A stretch of DNA of 64,000 nt from Planctomycetota bacterium (GTDB lineage Bacteria; Planctomycetota; GCA-002687715; CAIWVZ01): the NCBI GenBank assembly GCA_044222185.1, contig JBGANV010000004.1:416001-480000 (forward strand), given 5' to 3'. The notes beneath the pieces were generated by a model, which saw only the letters and a program-made list of their open reading frames with translations, did not search any database and was not told the DNA's origin. Of the stretch, positions 40,842 to 50,227 are shown one piece after another. The position numbers and the translations under genes are program-made. The number at the start of each line of letters is the position of its first letter. Position 1 is the first letter of the stretch.

Positions 40842-42833
40842 ATGGCTCAGCCCGTTGCGCGCCGTGCGTTCGATCGCGTGCTGGTGATCATGTTCGAGAA
40901 CCAGTATCGCGGCTACGTCCTCGCCAATGCCTACATGCGCCAGTTGGCGAAGCGCGGGATCCAGCTCGGCAACTCGTTCGGGGTGATGCACCCCTCGCAG
41001 ACGAACTACATCGCGTCGATCGCGGGCGCGCTCTGCAACGTGACGAACGACGAAGTCCCGAAGCTGCTCACGGAGAAGACGCTTGCGGACCTCGTGCACG
41101 AGGCTCCGGGACGCCTAAGGTGGAAGGCCTACATGGACAGCTACGTCCCGGAGGCCACGCCCTGGACGCCGACCTTCACGCCGCGCGACGCACCTCCGTA
41201 CTACGTCAAGCACAACCCGTTTGCCTCGTTCGCGTCGGTCGTGCGCAACGAGGCGATGTGGCGATGCATCGACAACGAAGCCGGGTTCTTCGCCGACGTG
41301 CTGAACGGAACGCTGCCCGAGTTCTCCTGGTTCTCGCCGAACATCTGGAACGATGGCCACTGGCTCGACGGCACCACCGAAGAGTCCGTCCCTCGGGCGC
41401 CGGCCCTCGTCGACCAGGCCGCTCGGTGGCTCGAACGGTTCTTCAACCGGCTGCGGTTTCCCGGCGCCGACTCCCACCTTCCACCGGGGACCCTCGTCGT
41501 CGTGACGTTCGACGAGGCCGATTTCGAGGCCGACGATCTCCCAGAGCAGGCGTCGGCCTACGACGGCCCGAATCAGATCTACACCGTGCTGCTCGGTGAT
41601 CGCATCCGCCCCGGTTTCGAAGAGGAGGGCTTCAATCACTACAGCATGCTTCGGACGATCGAGATCAACTTCGGTCTGGGGCACCTCGGCCGCAACGACG
41701 CGGGGGCGAACTGGTTTCAGTTCCTCTGGGGGCGCCGTTTTCGATGGGGCCCGAGTCGGGAAACCCCGATCCACGGCGGTGGTGGTGTCTGCGCCGCAGG
41801 GCTCGGAGCGGCGCTCTTCGTCGCTCATGTGGGGGCTGATGGGGTCGTCCGCGTGAGAACGTATGCGGATGGGGCCTGGTCGGCCGCGGAGGACGTCCCG
41901 GTCGATGGGCGCGGTGGCGTCGCCATGGCGAGTACGTTTGAGCAGGTCGTGCTCGTCGCGTGTTCGGCCGGTGGAGCCGTTCATGCGACGACCTGGGATC
42001 CGCAGCATGGTTGGTCTGCACCGTCGGCGCGGCTGGACGGGCGGCGGATCACTGGCGTCGCCGCAGCCTCGTTCGACGGCGAACGGCGGATCATGCTGGC
42101 GATGAAGGACGATGCCGGGGGCATCGAGGCTCGCACGTGGCGGGGAGGGTCCTGGGGCCCGGCGGCCCCTGTCGGAGCCGTGCGATCCGAGGGCGCGATG
42201 ACGCTTGGCGCCTTGGGCGCGTCGCTCTACCTGATCGTCTCCGTCCCCGGCGAGAAGACCCTTCAAGTCGTGTCGTACAACTCGGCGGCGTTCAACGTTG
42301 TCACGGTCGCGAAGAACCCATACGGCGGCCCACAAGACGACACGACGGTCGATGAGTGGTCACCGTGCGCGTTTCCCGTGGCGCACTTCTCTTCGTGGCC
42401 GCAGCGGAACGAGTCGCGCGCGCCAACGACGCGAGCCTATGAAGCGGGCGGTCCTCTGGCGACCGCCACGCTCGACGGCGTCCTGCATCTGGTCCATCCG
42501 GGGGCGGCGAATTCGCTTCTACTCACGGAGACGTTCTCGATCGCCGGTTTGATGACGCCCTCGCAACCGGTCTCCTACAAGAGCCGGAGCGCCGCGAATT
42601 CGAGCAACGGGTTCGGAACCCTGGCCGAGGCCGGCTGGAGCAAGCAGGCAGCCCTGTTCGGGTCGCGGTGCGGGGCACGAGGTGCACTTGCCCTCGGGCG
42701 TGCCGATGGGCAGATCGTCCTCCTCTCGCGGGCCGAGGCTGGTTCCGCGGTGGAAATCCGCGTCGGACGGTACGTCGACGACGCGCAGCCCGAGCGTGTG
42801 TACGACGGGCATCGATCGAAGGAATGCCAATGA
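40842..42833 (+). CDS. Phosphoesterase (acid phosphatase/phospholipase C family) + beta-propeller-like C-terminus
   Basis: VIMFEN, HPSQTNY, YVKHNPF, NDGH, VTFDE, NHYSMLRTIE; Trp-ending blade-like repeats; no signal peptide seen. Confidence 0.88.
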   Translation: MAQPVARRAFDRVLVIMFENQYRGYVLANAYMRQLAKRGIQLGNSFGVMHPSQTNYIASIAGALCNVTNDEVPKLLTEKTLADLVHEAPGRLRWKAYMDSYVPEATPWTPTFTPRDAPPYYVKHNPFASFASVVRNEAMWRCIDNEAGFFADVLNGTLPEFSWFSPNIWNDGHWLDGTTEESVPRAPALVDQAARWLERFFNRLRFPGADSHLPPGTLVVVTFDEADFEADDLPEQASAYDGPNQIYTVLLGDRIRPGFEEEGFNHYSMLRTIEINFGLGHLGRNDAGANWFQFLWGRRFRWGPSRETPIHGGGGVCAAGLGAALFVAHVGADGVVRVRTYADGAWSAAEDVPVDGRGGVAMASTFEQVVLVACSAGGAVHATTWDPQHGWSAPSARLDGRRITGVAAASFDGERRIMLAMKDDAGGIEARTWRGGSWGPAAPVGAVRSEGAMTLGALGASLYLIVSVPGEKTLQVVSYNSAAFNVVTVAKNPYGGPQDDTTVDEWSPCAFPVAHFSSWPQRNESRAPTTRAYEAGGPLATATLDGVLHLVHPGAANSLLLTETFSIAGLMTPSQPVSYKSRSAANSSNGFGTLAEAGWSKQAALFGSRCGARGALALGRADGQIVLLSRAEAGSAVEIRVGRYVDDAQPERVYDGHRSKECQ

Positions 42834-45800
42834 GCACACCAAAGCAAGGCCGAGCGGCTCGAGATCCGTTGGAGTCGGCGTCGAGGACCGCGGCAGATCT
42901 GTCCACGGAACGGGCCCGGATGACGCACGATGCGGTCTGGCGCCTGGTGCAGCGTGGGCTGGTCTATCCGTCGCCGAATGCGATCTTCATCACGTTCTTC
43001 CGCAGTCGCAAGGCGTCGCCGCTGACGAAGGGGACCCTCGGCCAGGTGGTTCGTGGAACCCGCGCGCGGATCCATGCGGACTTCGGCAAGGCTCACACGA
43101 CGGCGATCCTGGGAGTCGGTTTCGATCTCTGGCGCGAGCTCTCCGCTCGGGACGGGACGTCGGTTCCCCTCGGGATGCAGCTCCACTCCGATGGTGAGAA
43201 AGCGGGCGGGGAGTCGTCCGACGGCGTGTTCGCGCGGCCGGGGACGGTTTTCGTCGACTCTGGCGCCGACCTGTGGTTCCACGTCAAGAGCGACAACCCC
43301 AAGCATTGCCAGGGCCTTCTCGAGTACTTGCGTCACGTGCTCGAGGTCGAGCTCGCGTGCATGGACCCGGCGCGGACCGTGTGGCAGGCGGCGGCGACCA
43401 AGTCCAACGCACCGGACCATCGGGGTGGCAAGGTGTTGGGCAGCCGGTTCTCCGAGAACCTCAACAACGCGACCGATCCCATCACGATCCAGCAGCAGAC
43501 GATCGTCGGGTTCGAGGATCCGACGCACATCGGTGGATCTTTCGTGTTGGCCCAGCGATTCGTGATCAACTGGGGGCAGATCCTCGCGATGGCTCCGCAG
43601 CACGTCGAAGACCTGGTGGGGCGCTCGACGGACGACCGGCTCGTCCCGTCCCACGATGACCGGAGCCACATCAAACGCGCTCGGGCGTTCGACGAGCACG
43701 GGAACGCCATGTCGGTCCTGCGGTTGGGCCTGCCATATGGTCGCTCGTCCGCGATCGAGAGCGACGACCTGCTCGCGAAGGGCGCGAGCCGTCGCGACGA
43801 GGAAGGTCTGTACTTCGCCGGGTACGCCAAGAGCGCGGCGGCGCTCGAGCGGATCATGGAGCAGCAGATCGGCGACGTCCCAGGGTTCATGTCCGACCGC
43901 TTGCTGGGGCACGTCCGCGCCAACCTCGGTGGCTTCTACTACGTCCCGAGCCTGCCCGATCTGGGGATCGAACCCGAGTCCGCGTCGTCGTGGCGGCGGT
44001 TCCCTGGGGTCGACTGGTCACGTCTGGATCGCCACTTCGACCAGACGTCGCCCAACGGCTACATGCACTACAACCACAAGGAGTACTTGTTCCGGATGGC
44101 GACGATGACGGCCGAGGAGCGAGCGACGTTCCTCCCGCCATCGCACCGCGTGCTCACTCTGCTCGCGGGCGTGTTCTCGCGCTGGCAGGACAACTGGTAC
44201 TTCGATCGCTCCCAGAAGGAGTTCTCCCACCTCCGCGTCTACCTCGAGCGCGAAGACGGACGCGAGGTGGCCGAGAAGGTCATGAGCCTCTCGATCGCCG
44301 AGCGCGGCGGCTGGGCGACCAAGGTCCTGCTGGGGCGCGTCCTCGTCAGCGACGAGTACGGGTTCCGGGGACGACGAAAGGATGGTCGCGGGAACCTCGT
44401 CAACGGTGCGGACACCTACCGGATCCACCCCAGCGAAATCCTCGTGGGTTCCATGCCGAATCTGGGCCTCGGCCAGGGAAAGCACCTCATCGATTTCGCG
44501 CGAGAGAGCGAACGGCTCGAGAACTTCTTCGACAACCTGAGCTATGCCTCGGGCGTCGGCCACATCGTCCCGCACTATGCGACGGCGCTGCGCGTCGGGC
44601 TCGGCCGGCTGACGGCCGACGTCGCCGCGCGGCGCGATCGGGCAAAGTCCGAGAGCAAGCGGCAGTTCTACGCCGGCGCGGTCCTCGCGCTGGAGGGCGT
44701 CGCCGAGCATTGTCGTGCGTTTGCACGGCTCGCCGCCAAGATGGCGGACGGCATGGGCCCGGGGCAGTCTGCGGAGCGGAGCAACCTTCAGGAGATCCGC
44801 GACCGGATGAACCGGATCGCCGAGACGGCACCCGCGACGTTCGTCGAAGGTGCGCAGCTCCTGTTCACCCTGCACTCGTGCCTCCATCACGCGGGCGAAC
44901 CGACCGCGATCGGGCGGATCGATCAACTCCTGCATCCGCTCTACGAGGCGGACGTCCGGGCCGGGCGCATAGACGAGAGCCTTGCGCAGGAAATCATCGA
45001 CTGCTTCTGGGTCAAGGTCGGCGAGAAGGCGCAGCTCAACCGGCAGTTCGTCGAGGATCACCAGGTCTTCGGGAACATGGCCATGGGAGGGGCGTCGGGG
45101 AACTACCCCCAGGGCTCCTCGCTGAATCAGTGGATCCAACAGGTGACCGTGGGCGGGACGATCGCCGACGACACGCCCGGCGCCGGGACACCGGCCTACA
45201 ACGACATCACCTGTCTGTGCCTCCGCGCCGCGCGACGGCTGCCGCTGAATGCACCGTGCCTTTCGCTCCGGATGCGGCCGGACATGCCGCAGGAACTGCT
45301 CCGCGAGGCCGCGCTCGCCATCCTCTCGGGTGGTGCCCACCCGGTCCTCGTTTCCGATGCGAAGGTCATTCCGGGGTTGGCGCAAAGCGGCGACGACGTC
45401 GGCCGCGGCACGCACGAAACGGCGTCGACGCCAGTCGCGGAGAAGGCCGCGGGGCTCTGGAACAGCAGGGTCCGCTTGCGAGATGCGCGCGATTACGCGT
45501 GTGACGGCTGTTACGAGCCGCAACTCACCGGCACGAGTTGGTTCACGCTGGGCGGAATGCCGTCCACGCAGCCGCTCGAGGCGGCCCTCAACCAGGGAAA
45601 GACGTGGCAGAGTGCGGGCCCCGTGTGGTTCCGTGGGCAGAAGGTGTCCTTCACCTCGGAGCCGGCGCGCGACATCCCGAGCTTCGAGCGCTTGCTCGAC
45701 CTCTACATCGAGCACCTGAAGTGGATGTACGCCAAGCAGGTCGACGGGCAGCTCGGACTCTTCGGCAGGATGAACTCCGTCTGCCCCGCTCCGCTGTTGT

Positions 45801-46750
45801 CGGTGTTCATCGAAGACTGCATCGACAAGGGGCTCGACTACTATGAGGGCGGCGCCCGCTACAACGTCGTGGCTCCGTGCTTCAGCGGGCTCTCGACGCT
45901 GATCGACTCGCTTTGGGCGATCCGCGCCATGGTGTTCGACGAGCGAACGGCGACGACGTCGCTCCCCGAACTGGTGACGGCGCTGCTCTGCAACTGGGGT
46001 GAGAACATGGCGGAGCCGTTCATCAGCACGCTCGAGGGGTCGGCGCGCATCGAAGCCCGTGCCGAGCGATTCCGCCAGCTCCGCGCCGTCGCCATGGCCC
46101 AGCCGAAGTTCGGGCGCGGGAATGCAGACGTCGATCGGTTCGGCGACGCAATCGTCGGCCGCATCGCTGCGGCAGCCGTCGACGTCTTCGTGAATCCGGC
46201 CGAGCGGACCGCGGCGAAGATGCTCGGTTTCGCGCAGCGCCTCGGGACCAAGGAGATGCCGTTCGGCGGGTTCCAAATCCAACCGGGCGTGGGTTCGTTC
46301 GAGAACTACCTCGACTGGGGGAACATGTCCGGCGCCTCGGCGGACGGGCGTCGCAGCGGCGATCCGTTCGCCTCCGACATCAGCCCGGCGCCGGGCTACG
46401 GCGATCGCGCGATCGACTCGCGCGAGGCTCCGATCATCCGTGTGATGGAGGGGTACTCGGGCCCCGGCATCGAGGCGATGTGGGACGGCGCTCCTGTCGA
46501 TCTGAACATCCGAGAGGACTTCCCGCTCGAATCGCTGGTCGCAGCGCTCGGCGCCTTCGCGCAAGGACGCGGGTCGTCGTTGATGACGATCACCTGCGCG
46601 GATGCGGCGACGATGGCGCAGGCGGCGCGAGACCCGGAGAAGTACGATTTGCTCCGAGTCCGCATGGGCGGTTGGACCGAGTTCTTCGTCGTGATGTTCC
46701 CGGCGCATCAGGCCCAGCACCAACGTCGCCCCATCAGCACCGTGGAGTGA
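42830..46750 (+). CDS. Dyp-type peroxidase / glycyl-radical enzyme (PFL superfamily) fusion
   Basis: DyP: DLWFHVKS, GGSFVLAQRF, SHIKRA, LRLGLPYG, GLYFAGY, GGFYYVPS; GRE: GRIDQLLHP, DGCYEP, PKFG, ASADGR, RVRMGGWTEFF. Confidence 0.9.
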   Translation: MSTPKQGRAARDPLESASRTAADLSTERARMTHDAVWRLVQRGLVYPSPNAIFITFFRSRKASPLTKGTLGQVVRGTRARIHADFGKAHTTAILGVGFDLWRELSARDGTSVPLGMQLHSDGEKAGGESSDGVFARPGTVFVDSGADLWFHVKSDNPKHCQGLLEYLRHVLEVELACMDPARTVWQAAATKSNAPDHRGGKVLGSRFSENLNNATDPITIQQQTIVGFEDPTHIGGSFVLAQRFVINWGQILAMAPQHVEDLVGRSTDDRLVPSHDDRSHIKRARAFDEHGNAMSVLRLGLPYGRSSAIESDDLLAKGASRRDEEGLYFAGYAKSAAALERIMEQQIGDVPGFMSDRLLGHVRANLGGFYYVPSLPDLGIEPESASSWRRFPGVDWSRLDRHFDQTSPNGYMHYNHKEYLFRMATMTAEERATFLPPSHRVLTLLAGVFSRWQDNWYFDRSQKEFSHLRVYLEREDGREVAEKVMSLSIAERGGWATKVLLGRVLVSDEYGFRGRRKDGRGNLVNGADTYRIHPSEILVGSMPNLGLGQGKHLIDFARESERLENFFDNLSYASGVGHIVPHYATALRVGLGRLTADVAARRDRAKSESKRQFYAGAVLALEGVAEHCRAFARLAAKMADGMGPGQSAERSNLQEIRDRMNRIAETAPATFVEGAQLLFTLHSCLHHAGEPTAIGRIDQLLHPLYEADVRAGRIDESLAQEIIDCFWVKVGEKAQLNRQFVEDHQVFGNMAMGGASGNYPQGSSLNQWIQQVTVGGTIADDTPGAGTPAYNDITCLCLRAARRLPLNAPCLSLRMRPDMPQELLREAALAILSGGAHPVLVSDAKVIPGLAQSGDDVGRGTHETASTPVAEKAAGLWNSRVRLRDARDYACDGCYEPQLTGTSWFTLGGMPSTQPLEAALNQGKTWQSAGPVWFRGQKVSFTSEPARDIPSFERLLDLYIEHLKWMYAKQVDGQLGLFGRMNSVCPAPLLSVFIEDCIDKGLDYYEGGARYNVVAPCFSGLSTLIDSLWAIRAMVFDERTATTSLPELVTALLCNWGENMAEPFISTLEGSARIEARAERFRQLRAVAMAQPKFGRGNADVDRFGDAIVGRIAAAAVDVFVNPAERTAAKMLGFAQRLGTKEMPFGGFQIQPGVGSFENYLDWGNMSGASADGRRSGDPFASDISPAPGYGDRAIDSREAPIIRVMEGYSGPGIEAMWDGAPVDLNIREDFPLESLVAALGAFAQGRGSSLMTITCADAATMAQAARDPEKYDLLRVRMGGWTEFFVVMFPAHQAQHQRRPISTVE

Positions 46751-46753
46751 GCG

Positions 46754-48154
46754 ATGACCAACAAGAACGCAGTCAGCACGTACCTCGTGGAATCAATTCC
46801 CATCGGTCTCGAGGATCTCCGTGGGACGATGGGAGTGCAGTACACCGAGGACGTCCTCGTGCGGCTGGTCCGCGGCGCGAAAGAGTCCATCGACCTCACT
46901 GCGATGTACTGGAACCTCCTGCCGGATCCGGACGGTGACGACGAGAAGGGGTTCACGGCGCAGCAATTCGACGCCATGGGCGCCGCGACCGGCCGCAACC
47001 TCTTCGAGGCCCTTCGCGACGCGGCGCGCCGCAAGGTGCGGATCCGGATCGTCGAAAGCCCAGGATTCTCGGGGAAGAGGCAGGAGTCGACCGACCTCAA
47101 GGAGGCCTTCCCAGACTGCGTGACCGTCCGCCAGATATCGATGAACGACTGGTATGGCGGCGGGATCATGCATCAGAAGATCTGGGTGTTCGATGCCTGC
47201 CACGTCTACGTCGGCTCCGCCAATATGGACTGGAAGTCCATCATGCAGGTCAAGGAGATGGGCGTCGTCGTCGAGAATTTGCCCCCGTTCGCGCAGGACG
47301 TGACCCGGTACTTCGAAGGGTGGTGGGCGTTCTGCGCGCTGAAGCCGGCCACGGCCGTCGCGTTCGATCCGAGGGCGGGTGTGGAGCGCCTGGTGCCGCC
47401 CTGGTCGGCGCTGCTCCACGAAGCCCAGCGAAAGCCATCGCCCTTCGACGACGATCGTTTTCGCTCGGACGCGAACCGCTCGAAGCCCCTGTCGGTCCCG
47501 TTGGATGGTCAGACCGCCGGCTTCTTCTTGACTGGGTCGCCCGACGAAGTGCGTGGTCGAGGCAGGACGCTCGATGCGGACGGATTGGTCTACACGATCG
47601 ACGATGCGAAGAAGTCGATCTGCGTGAGCGTGATGGACTTCGGGCCCATGAGCCTGTACTCGCGGGCGCCACTGGGGCCCGGCGCCACGCGGGGGATTCC
47701 GACGGACACTCCCGTTTGGTGGCCGCAGCTGTTCGACGCCCTCCTCTCGGCGGTCCTGACGAGGAACGTCCACGTCCGCCTCCTGGTCAGCAAGTGGGCT
47801 CACACCTCTCCACTGATCGAGCCGTTTCTCGCGGCCTTGCAGCACGCGGCGGACGCCGGCCGTGTGGATCCTCGAATGTCGAGCGGCCAGCTCGAGATCA
47901 AGCTGTTCGTCATCCCGGGCTGGGACCAGACCGCAGGGACTCACCGGCGCTACCCGGGCCACAGCCGCGTCAACCACACGAAGTACATCGTGACGGACCG
48001 GCGCATCAACATCGGGACGTCGAACATGACGTGGGACTACTTTGCGGCAACCGCCGGCGGCAGCGTGAACACGGACCACGTCGGCCTCGTGTGCAGCTTG
48101 CAGGCCGTGTTCGACCGCGACTGGGGATCGAGCTACGCGTATCGGTTGGCCTGA
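46754..48154 (+). CDS. Phospholipase D superfamily, PLD3/PLD4/poxvirus K4L-like
   Basis: LVESIP; two HKD motifs HQKIWVFD..GSANMDW and HTKYIVTD..GTSN. Confidence 0.9.
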   Translation: MTNKNAVSTYLVESIPIGLEDLRGTMGVQYTEDVLVRLVRGAKESIDLTAMYWNLLPDPDGDDEKGFTAQQFDAMGAATGRNLFEALRDAARRKVRIRIVESPGFSGKRQESTDLKEAFPDCVTVRQISMNDWYGGGIMHQKIWVFDACHVYVGSANMDWKSIMQVKEMGVVVENLPPFAQDVTRYFEGWWAFCALKPATAVAFDPRAGVERLVPPWSALLHEAQRKPSPFDDDRFRSDANRSKPLSVPLDGQTAGFFLTGSPDEVRGRGRTLDADGLVYTIDDAKKSICVSVMDFGPMSLYSRAPLGPGATRGIPTDTPVWWPQLFDALLSAVLTRNVHVRLLVSKWAHTSPLIEPFLAALQHAADAGRVDPRMSSGQLEIKLFVIPGWDQTAGTHRRYPGHSRVNHTKYIVTDRRINIGTSNMTWDYFAATAGGSVNTDHVGLVCSLQAVFDRDWGSSYAYRLA

Positions 48155-48160
48155 ACGCGT

Positions 48161-48180
48161 CGCCGCACCATGGTGCGGCG
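48161..48180. repeat. Perfect 20-bp palindrome
   Basis: CGCCGCACCA|TGGTGCGGCG just after the PLD stop. Confidence 0.85.
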
Positions 48181-48221
48181 TCGGAACGGCGGTCGAACCG
48201 CTGGCACAGTGAGGATGAATC

Positions 48222-50225
48222 ATGGCGAAACGAACTCAGACGCCTGGAAAGCGCAGCGGGAAGGCGAGGAGTAGGACGGCCGCCGCCACGGGCGCGCCCA
48301 GGCCTCGCTCGCAATCGGGCCACAAGCCTTGGCTGGACGTTGCCGCGCCGGCGACGCGCGCGCTGCGGATCTACACACAGGACCCGAGTGCCGGGACCTA
48401 CGTCGGCAACCTAAGCACCGTTCACGTGCCGTGGGAGGCGGTGAGGCCCGGGCCCGTCGGCTCCAAGGTCGCCGTCGTCGATTACGACGCGTCGAATCGC
48501 TGCTACTACACCCCGATCGACCTCGATCATCCCTTCGTGCTGGCTCGCGACGGCGTCGACCCCTCCGAGTCGGATCCGCGGTTCCATCAGCAGATGGTCT
48601 ACGCCGTCGCGACGCGGACCATCGAGATGTTCGAGGCCGCGCTGGGGCGGAAGATCCGATGGCGACGTGCGGATCGCTTCTCCGACAAGTCCAACGAGCA
48701 GCAGTGGCACAAGACGGACGACATCGAGGTCCTCCATCTCTACCCCCATGCGATGCAGGAGGCGAACGCCTATTACAGTCCGCAGGCCCACGGCATCCTG
48801 TTTGGATACTTCACGGCGAACACGACGCGGCAAGGGCGCAACCTGCCGGGGCAGCGGGTCTTCACGTGCCTCTCGCACGACATCATCGCCCACGAAGTGA
48901 CGCACGCGATCATCGACGGGATCCGCACGTACTTCACCGAGGCGACGAATCCGGATGTCCTTGCATTCCACGAGGGCATCGCCGATGTCGCGGCGCTGTT
49001 CGCCCATTTCACGCAACGTGATGCCTTGTTCGAGACGATCAGGAAGACGGGCGGACGCTTGTACCAGGCGGACCTGGATGCGGATGCCTGTGGCAGCGAC
49101 CGTTCCGGTCACATGATCGCGGCCCAACGTCGCGAGGTGAATCCGTTGATCCAGCTCGCGCAGCAGTTCGGGGAAGCGCGGGGCACGGGACGCGGGCTTC
49201 GTTCAGCCTTGAGCACGCCGCCGTCGCCGGACGACATCGAAAAAAAGCCGACCGAGCCGCACACGCGAGGCGCCATCCTCGTCGCGGCCGTCTTCGATGC
49301 CTTCTTCTCGGTCTACGCGCGCAAGAGCGCCGACTTGTTCCGCATCTTCCACGCTGGCGGCGGGCGCCCCGACCAGGACGAGGTGCCAGCGCCGCTCGCG
49401 GAGCAACTCGCGCGCACGGCCACGGACCTCTCCCAGCGTTTCTTCCGGCTCTGCGTCCGGGCTCTCGACTACTGTCCGCCGGTCGACATCACGTTCGGCG
49501 ACTACTTGCGCGCCCTGATCACCGTCGGCACCGAGCTTCACCCGGAGGATCCCGATCGCATCCGTGACGCGCTCATGCAGGGCTTCCGGCTGCGCGGGAT
49601 CTTCCCGGAGAGCGCGAGTTTCTTCTCCGAGGACGCGTTGCGGTGGCCCCCCATGTTGCCTGGGATGCTCCCGCCGATCGGAGCACGGACGATCGGCGAT
49701 CCGCAGACCGGACGCAGCCTCGTCACTGGGCTGGTCTTCGGCGGGCCCAACGGCCTCACGCGACGCGAGAAGGACATCAACGGCCGCGTCCTGCGGGCCT
49801 ACATGAAGGAGAACGCCGCGGCGCTGGGCCTCGATCCGAAGTTGCCGGTCTCCGTCCCCTCGTTCCATCCGATGTTTCGGTCGGGGGATGACGGACGGAC
49901 CCGCGCCGAGATGGTGGTCGAGGTCGTGCAGCTGAGACGGGCGCCGTTCGATCCGGCGGTGACCGGGGTTGGGGAGTTCCCATTCCGCGGAGGCGCGACT
50001 GTGATCATTTCGGCACCGGAGGTTGCGCCTGATTCCTCGGGAAGCCTCACGGCGAAGGACCCGGAGATCCGCTTCGTGATCGGGAAACCGATTTCTGGGC
50101 CGGGAGGTGTCCAGCGCGAGTCCGCTCAGCGGCACTTCACGCTGTCCCTGGGCCTCGCGCAGGGGCACTGTGACGATGCCCGGCACTTCCAGGTGAACTT
50201 CGCATTGTTGCATGGAGACGGCTGA
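48222..50225 (+). CDS. Gluzincin metallopeptidase (M4/M36-like)
   Basis: NAYYS, DIIAHEVTHA, third-ligand FHEGIAD, EPH. Confidence 0.85.
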   Translation: MAKRTQTPGKRSGKARSRTAAATGAPRPRSQSGHKPWLDVAAPATRALRIYTQDPSAGTYVGNLSTVHVPWEAVRPGPVGSKVAVVDYDASNRCYYTPIDLDHPFVLARDGVDPSESDPRFHQQMVYAVATRTIEMFEAALGRKIRWRRADRFSDKSNEQQWHKTDDIEVLHLYPHAMQEANAYYSPQAHGILFGYFTANTTRQGRNLPGQRVFTCLSHDIIAHEVTHAIIDGIRTYFTEATNPDVLAFHEGIADVAALFAHFTQRDALFETIRKTGGRLYQADLDADACGSDRSGHMIAAQRREVNPLIQLAQQFGEARGTGRGLRSALSTPPSPDDIEKKPTEPHTRGAILVAAVFDAFFSVYARKSADLFRIFHAGGGRPDQDEVPAPLAEQLARTATDLSQRFFRLCVRALDYCPPVDITFGDYLRALITVGTELHPEDPDRIRDALMQGFRLRGIFPESASFFSEDALRWPPMLPGMLPPIGARTIGDPQTGRSLVTGLVFGGPNGLTRREKDINGRVLRAYMKENAAALGLDPKLPVSVPSFHPMFRSGDDGRTRAEMVVEVVQLRRAPFDPAVTGVGEFPFRGGATVIISAPEVAPDSSGSLTAKDPEIRFVIGKPISGPGGVQRESAQRHFTLSLGLAQGHCDDARHFQVNFALLHGDG

Positions 50226-50227
50226 AC

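Noticed and set aside
44018-46723. 901-aa minus-strand ORF (and similar long ORFs at 7685-9781, 23287-25650, 33544-36036)
   Set aside because: Shadow or alternate frames of well-supported genes; Arg/Gly/Ala-rich with no domain motifs
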